Positions 37,296 through 40,834 of a stretch of 40,834 bases of DNA are shown here, piece by piece. Position 1 is the first letter of the stretch, and the number at the start of each line of letters is the position of its first letter. Below the pieces are notes generated by a model. The model worked only from the letters and a program-made list of their open reading frames with translations, searched no databases and had not been told where the DNA came from. The DNA lies in assembly GCA_038223395.1 (NCBI GenBank), contig JBBRGZ010000003.1, forward strand, positions 1-40,834, written 5' to 3'. Source of the DNA: Chitinophagales bacterium (GTDB lineage Bacteria; Bacteroidota; Bacteroidia; Chitinophagales; BACL12). The position numbers and the translations under genes are program-made.

Positions 37296-37796
37296 TTAAT
37301 GATTGTATTCTACATGAAAACTAAACACAAATGATGAACCTCCCGGATTTGTAAATGTTATCTCGTTCGGAAAATTATTGTTAGATGAGTATAGGTTAAC
37401 AGAAAAAGAACCCATTTCGTCTGAACCTAGGATACCATCATCGTCAAAAAATATTACAGTATAATTATCACTCACATTTTCAAAATTATAAGGAGTGCCT
37501 GAAGTAAACACTAATTGAGATCCCGGTAAAACATCATTCTTAATTTCTGATTCATAAACTACTGCACCGCCAAGCATTATACGAAAAAAAATGTCCGGTC
37601 CATCAGTTAAATCCCAACCTGAACCATCTGCTTTTGTTGCAGGATAAGCTGAAACATCTGTTGAATTTAAAGTGATGCTCTGAGGCGTTTCTTGAATATC
37701 ACAGTTATCTCCAATAAACCCTAAGGCACAATCTTTATTTTTGTTGCAGGCAAATAACATCGTACTGCATGCAATTATTGCAATTACATATCTCAT
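37296..37796 (-). CDS. Lipoprotein with an EGF-like Cys motif and a C2-like beta domain
   Basis: Lipobox LFAC, then C-x-x-G-F-x-G-x-x-C (CALGFIGDNC), WD....PD.F and .DDD....D..G acidic loops. The domain calls are tentative. Confidence 0.65.
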   Translation of the reverse strand: MRYVIAIIACSTMLFACNKNKDCALGFIGDNCDIQETPQSITLNSTDVSAYPATKADGSGWDLTDGPDIFFRIMLGGAVVYESEIKNDVLPGSQLVFTSGTPYNFENVSDNYTVIFFDDDGILGSDEMGSFSVNLYSSNNNFPNEITFTNPGGSSFVFSFHVEYNH

Positions 37797-38003
37797 AATT
37801 TTTAGTTTTTAATTAAATTAAATTTGATTCACACAACACTATTATCCAAATTATATTCCACACAGCGAAAGCAATCTCAAATAAGGCTAAAAACCACTTT
37901 ATAAGTAATTGAAAAACAATTTATTGTATTCGATATAATAAAATCAATTGATGTTTGCCAACCCTCACTTATAATTAGCAATTTCTGTAACAATTTCCAC
38001 TAG

Positions 38004-38024
38004 TTGGGGATTATCTTCATCAAT
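38004..38024 (+). repeat. 21-bp direct repeat, copy 1
   Basis: TTGGGGATTATCTTCATCAAT, identical to 39650-39670. Confidence 0.85.
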
Positions 38025-38089
38025 TAAAGTTTGCGTAAGCAATAAATAAAATACTTGGTAGCTGCAAAAAATGAATGAACTGTGGTTTG

Positions 38090-39325
38090 CTAGTGCAGGA
38101 ATACTTTTGTAGAAAATTTGGGGATATCAGAATTTCCATCTGTAAAAATGAGAAGCACCATGCCTGATAATCCATTTGGTATATTAATCGAATTTGAGCC
38201 TTCTGATAATGTGTACTTGTTAATTTTCTGGCCGAGTAAATTATACATTGCAACTTCACGTAAATTTGAACATGCATTGTTAACTTGTATGGAATTATTT
38301 TCAACATTAATTTCCACATCATCGCAACTTCCAGGGTTATTAATGATAATTGTTTTCGAATAGGTAAATTCACCATTATTGTCTATTTGTTTTAAACGAT
38401 AGTAATTAGTACCTAAATAGGGATATTCATCAATCAATTGATAAGAATGATATTCCAAATCGTTGTTTGCTGTATTAATCATGCCAATTGAAGAAAACTG
38501 GTTTGCGTCATTACCTCTTTCAATATCAAAGCAACAACTATTTATTTCGCTTGCAGTTGACCATTCCAATAAAACAGAATTATTTAAATTTTCCTTTTCA
38601 AAGGTGCCGGTAAAATCAATTAAAGTTATGGGCAATAAAGTAATATCTATCAAATTAACATCATCAAAATAATAGTATGCGCCAACAGTGCCATAGGGTA
38701 ATGAAAGATAAGTAGTTGATACATCATTTTTCAAATGACCAAGTGTTAAATATTTTTCTCCACCTGCTGCAGTATAAGTTCCTTCAATTAAAGTCCAGTT
38801 TAATGTATCCGTTATTACTGACCCATAAGGATTTGATATTTGAGGATAGGGAAGTCCAGGCAACATGCCTAATCCTGCGGTAGTTGGAGCCGAAACTGAT
38901 AAATACGCACCCAAATCGTCAATTGCTGTTTGTGATTTATTGTGTAATACAACATACATGCTCAAATAATAAACATGTCCCGTTATTAGAGCTGAAATAA
39001 GTTTTACCTGAATAAATTCACGATACGTAGTACCCGAAAAAGTATAAATGCCTGCATAAGCATTTCCACCATGAGCTACTTGATATCCAATACCATTTTT
39101 TGGCATCCCTGCGGGATTCGGGTTTGCGCAAGAATTCATATAATCAGGAGTAGCTGCATTTGGGTTTACCCAATTAGATACTTTTCCATTAAATTCAGAA
39201 AATCCAATAGGACAAATAATAAAGTTTTCGAAACCACTATTAGGAACTAAGGATTGTGCAGACAAAGGATATGAACCAATAATCGAAACAATTATAATTA
39301 AAATAAATTTTAATTTAAACAGCAT
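38090..39325 (-). CDS. Secreted protein with a carbohydrate-binding-like N-domain, an Ig-like domain and a probable T9SS type A CTD
   Basis: Signal peptide, Q.LVPN.GFE...CP, TPDY, REFIQ..L...L..G..Y, YYYFDDV, LP.TL..F.G, L.W.TASE.N...F.IER, YYRLKQID..G...YS and YNLLGQ motifs. Confidence 0.85.
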   Translation of the reverse strand: MLFKLKFILIIIVSIIGSYPLSAQSLVPNSGFENFIICPIGFSEFNGKVSNWVNPNAATPDYMNSCANPNPAGMPKNGIGYQVAHGGNAYAGIYTFSGTTYREFIQVKLISALITGHVYYLSMYVVLHNKSQTAIDDLGAYLSVSAPTTAGLGMLPGLPYPQISNPYGSVITDTLNWTLIEGTYTAAGGEKYLTLGHLKNDVSTTYLSLPYGTVGAYYYFDDVNLIDITLLPITLIDFTGTFEKENLNNSVLLEWSTASEINSCCFDIERGNDANQFSSIGMINTANNDLEYHSYQLIDEYPYLGTNYYRLKQIDNNGEFTYSKTIIINNPGSCDDVEINVENNSIQVNNACSNLREVAMYNLLGQKINKYTLSEGSNSINIPNGLSGMVLLIFTDGNSDIPKFSTKVFLH

Positions 39326-39649
39326 CCATTTTAATATTAATTTTCAATTCGATACAAATTAAATAATGAAGAAGAGTTACAAAAGATTATTGTTAAATTT
39401 TAAGATCAATAATTAAAGGTTCTAAAATCTTCAATTAATTCACCTCATTTGTAAAATTGTATCAATTTACATTGTTATGTACATTCTGCAGCACAAAATA
39501 TATACCACTTTAACATCGGTTCATTTCAATTACTTCAAAATTTGGATGTATTTATTTGAAATACAGACAACTAAAAGTGTATTTATTTTAATTTTAAAAT
39601 GATAATTTGGAGAATAAATTTCTTCCTTAACAGTGGCATCTTCCTCTTT

Positions 39650-39670
39650 TTGGGGATTATCTTCATCAAT
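39650..39670 (+). repeat. 21-bp direct repeat, copy 2
   Basis: Identical to 38004-38024. Confidence 0.85.
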
Positions 39671-39821
39671 ATTGCTGAAGGACCTAAAGGTTTTTTGTAT
39701 ATTCTTTGTGTTGATGTTGCTATGTGGTTTATTTTTTAGGGGACATTCGGGACATTGATGCGTTATGATAAACAGAATGAAACGCTGCCGCTACTTAACA
39801 AGATTTTCAATATTAAAAAAT

Positions 39822-39852
39822 AAAAAAAGGTTGCCTAAATTTTAGACAACCT
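39822..39852 (-). terminator. Intrinsic terminator of lolA
   Basis: An A run, then AGGTTGCCTAAA-t-TTTAGACAACCT, giving a stem plus U tract on the minus strand just past the stop codon. Confidence 0.78.
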
Positions 39853-39875
39853 CTAAATAATTATCATAATAATTT

Positions 39876-40526
39876 TTAATCTCTTAAATCAATCACCTCA
39901 ACACCGGGATATTTTAATTTATCGAAAGTGAAAGAACCATTGCTCATTTCAACATTAGATTTAAAATTACTGATTAAATAAGTATAATGTACTGCATTTT
40001 TATCAAATACAACACCTTTCAAAACAGAATTATCAGCAGTGTTAATATACATTTTAATTTTGCTGAAACTCATATTTTTATTTTTTGGTGTAAGTTCTAT
40101 AATTTGTAAAGTCTTGCCACCTTCTGTTACTTTTTCACCCATGTAAGCAAGATAATCTTTATCTGCAATTTTGAAAATGTCGTTTGGCGTTAATATGCCT
40201 TGACCTTTTTCGAAGTTATTGATTTGAACTTCATTCACGTCCTTAAGATAAGTCCAAAGCGTTTTACCATCGCAGAATAATTTTTGATTTCCGAGTTCGG
40301 CGATAAACATATTGCCTTTACTCATTACTTTGCCGGATTTTGTTTCTTTGCTTTTGCTTTCCATGTTTTCAACTATAAGCGAAATATCCATTTGCATCGT
40401 TTTGAATGCGTCGTATTTCTGACTTACGGATTTTAATAATTTTACTGCATTGGCATCTGATGTTTGAGCAAATACACTTTGCGTGCTAACAAAAAGAATA
40501 AGACTATAGGTTATGATTTTTTTCAT
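39876..40526 (-). CDS. lolA: Outer-membrane lipoprotein carrier protein LolA
   Basis: Signal peptide, DGKT.W.Y....NEVQI, I.LTP and F.FD...YP..EVIDLR motifs. It lies in the classical position downstream of ftsK. A TAATTTTG box lies at 40548-40555 (minus). Confidence 0.9.
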   Translation of the reverse strand: MKKIITYSLILFVSTQSVFAQTSDANAVKLLKSVSQKYDAFKTMQMDISLIVENMESKSKETKSGKVMSKGNMFIAELGNQKLFCDGKTLWTYLKDVNEVQINNFEKGQGILTPNDIFKIADKDYLAYMGEKVTEGGKTLQIIELTPKNKNMSFSKIKMYINTADNSVLKGVVFDKNAVHYTYLISNFKSNVEMSNGSFTFDKLKYPGVEVIDLRD

Positions 40527-40581
40527 GATTTGTGGTTATACCGGTTGCAAAATTAAGGCGAAATAGCCTGGTTTCCCGAGT

Positions 40582-40833
40582 TCAATCTAAGTTTTGCAAA
40601 TACTGTTCCAACTGTGTAATATCCTGAAATAAAACTTCTCGCGCCTTGCTTCCGGCGTTCGGACCTACCACTCCTGCTGCTTCCAGCTGATCCATTAATC
40701 TTCCCGCGCGGTTATAACCCAGCTTCAAACGCCTTTGTATTAGCGAAGTAGACCCTTGCTGATGCTGTACAATAATTTTTGCTGCTTCCTCAAAAAGGGT
40801 ATCTCTATCACCAACTAAAATTTCTGCCTTTTC
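40582..40833 (-). CDS. ftsK: DNA translocase FtsK, C-terminal gamma domain (5'-partial; absent from the ORF track)
   Basis: Manual translation: ...DRDTLFEEAAKIIVQHQQGSTSLIQRRLKLGYNRAGRLMDQLEAAGVVGPNAGSKAREVL...LD*. Confidence 0.95.
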   Translation of the reverse strand, partial: EKAEILVGDRDTLFEEAAKIIVQHQQGSTSLIQRRLKLGYNRAGRLMDQLEAAGVVGPNAGSKAREVLFQDITQLEQYLQNLD

Positions 40834-40834
40834 C

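Overview
AT-rich chromosomal segment of a Bacteroidota bacterium. The evidence is type IX secretion (T9SS) genes, TAnnTTTG promoter boxes, A-rich leaders without Shine-Dalgarno sequences and signal peptides followed by Gln. Left end: a T9SS type-B cargo / PorP-SprF / PorE-like operon, where the PorE-like protein carries an unexpected C-terminal retropepsin-like domain lacking the catalytic DTG. Housekeeping genes (purC, tRNA-Arg(UCU), prolyl oligopeptidase, ung, NUDIX, lolA, 3' end of ftsK) are interleaved with accessory genes. The centre (18.2-31.8 kb) is a signalling island. It has three paralogous HisKA_3 sensor kinases (one intact, one cut by two in-frame stops, one split by a -1 frameshift at A_AAA_AAT) and a single NarL/LuxR response regulator. 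A shared 7-2-7 palindrome lies upstream of the regulator and upstream of a phage-fibre-like gene plus a T9SS-secreted M23 peptidase gene. Non-coding structure includes two diverged copies of a ~180-bp double-hairpin element abutting promoters, a 64-bp REP-like element in two full copies and one partial copy, a heptamer tandem repeat, and a 21-bp direct repeat flanking a T9SS cargo gene. An unlisted 38-aa membrane peptide gene was also found. No CRISPR array, transposase or integrase was recognised. All family calls come from motif recognition by eye, not from database searches.
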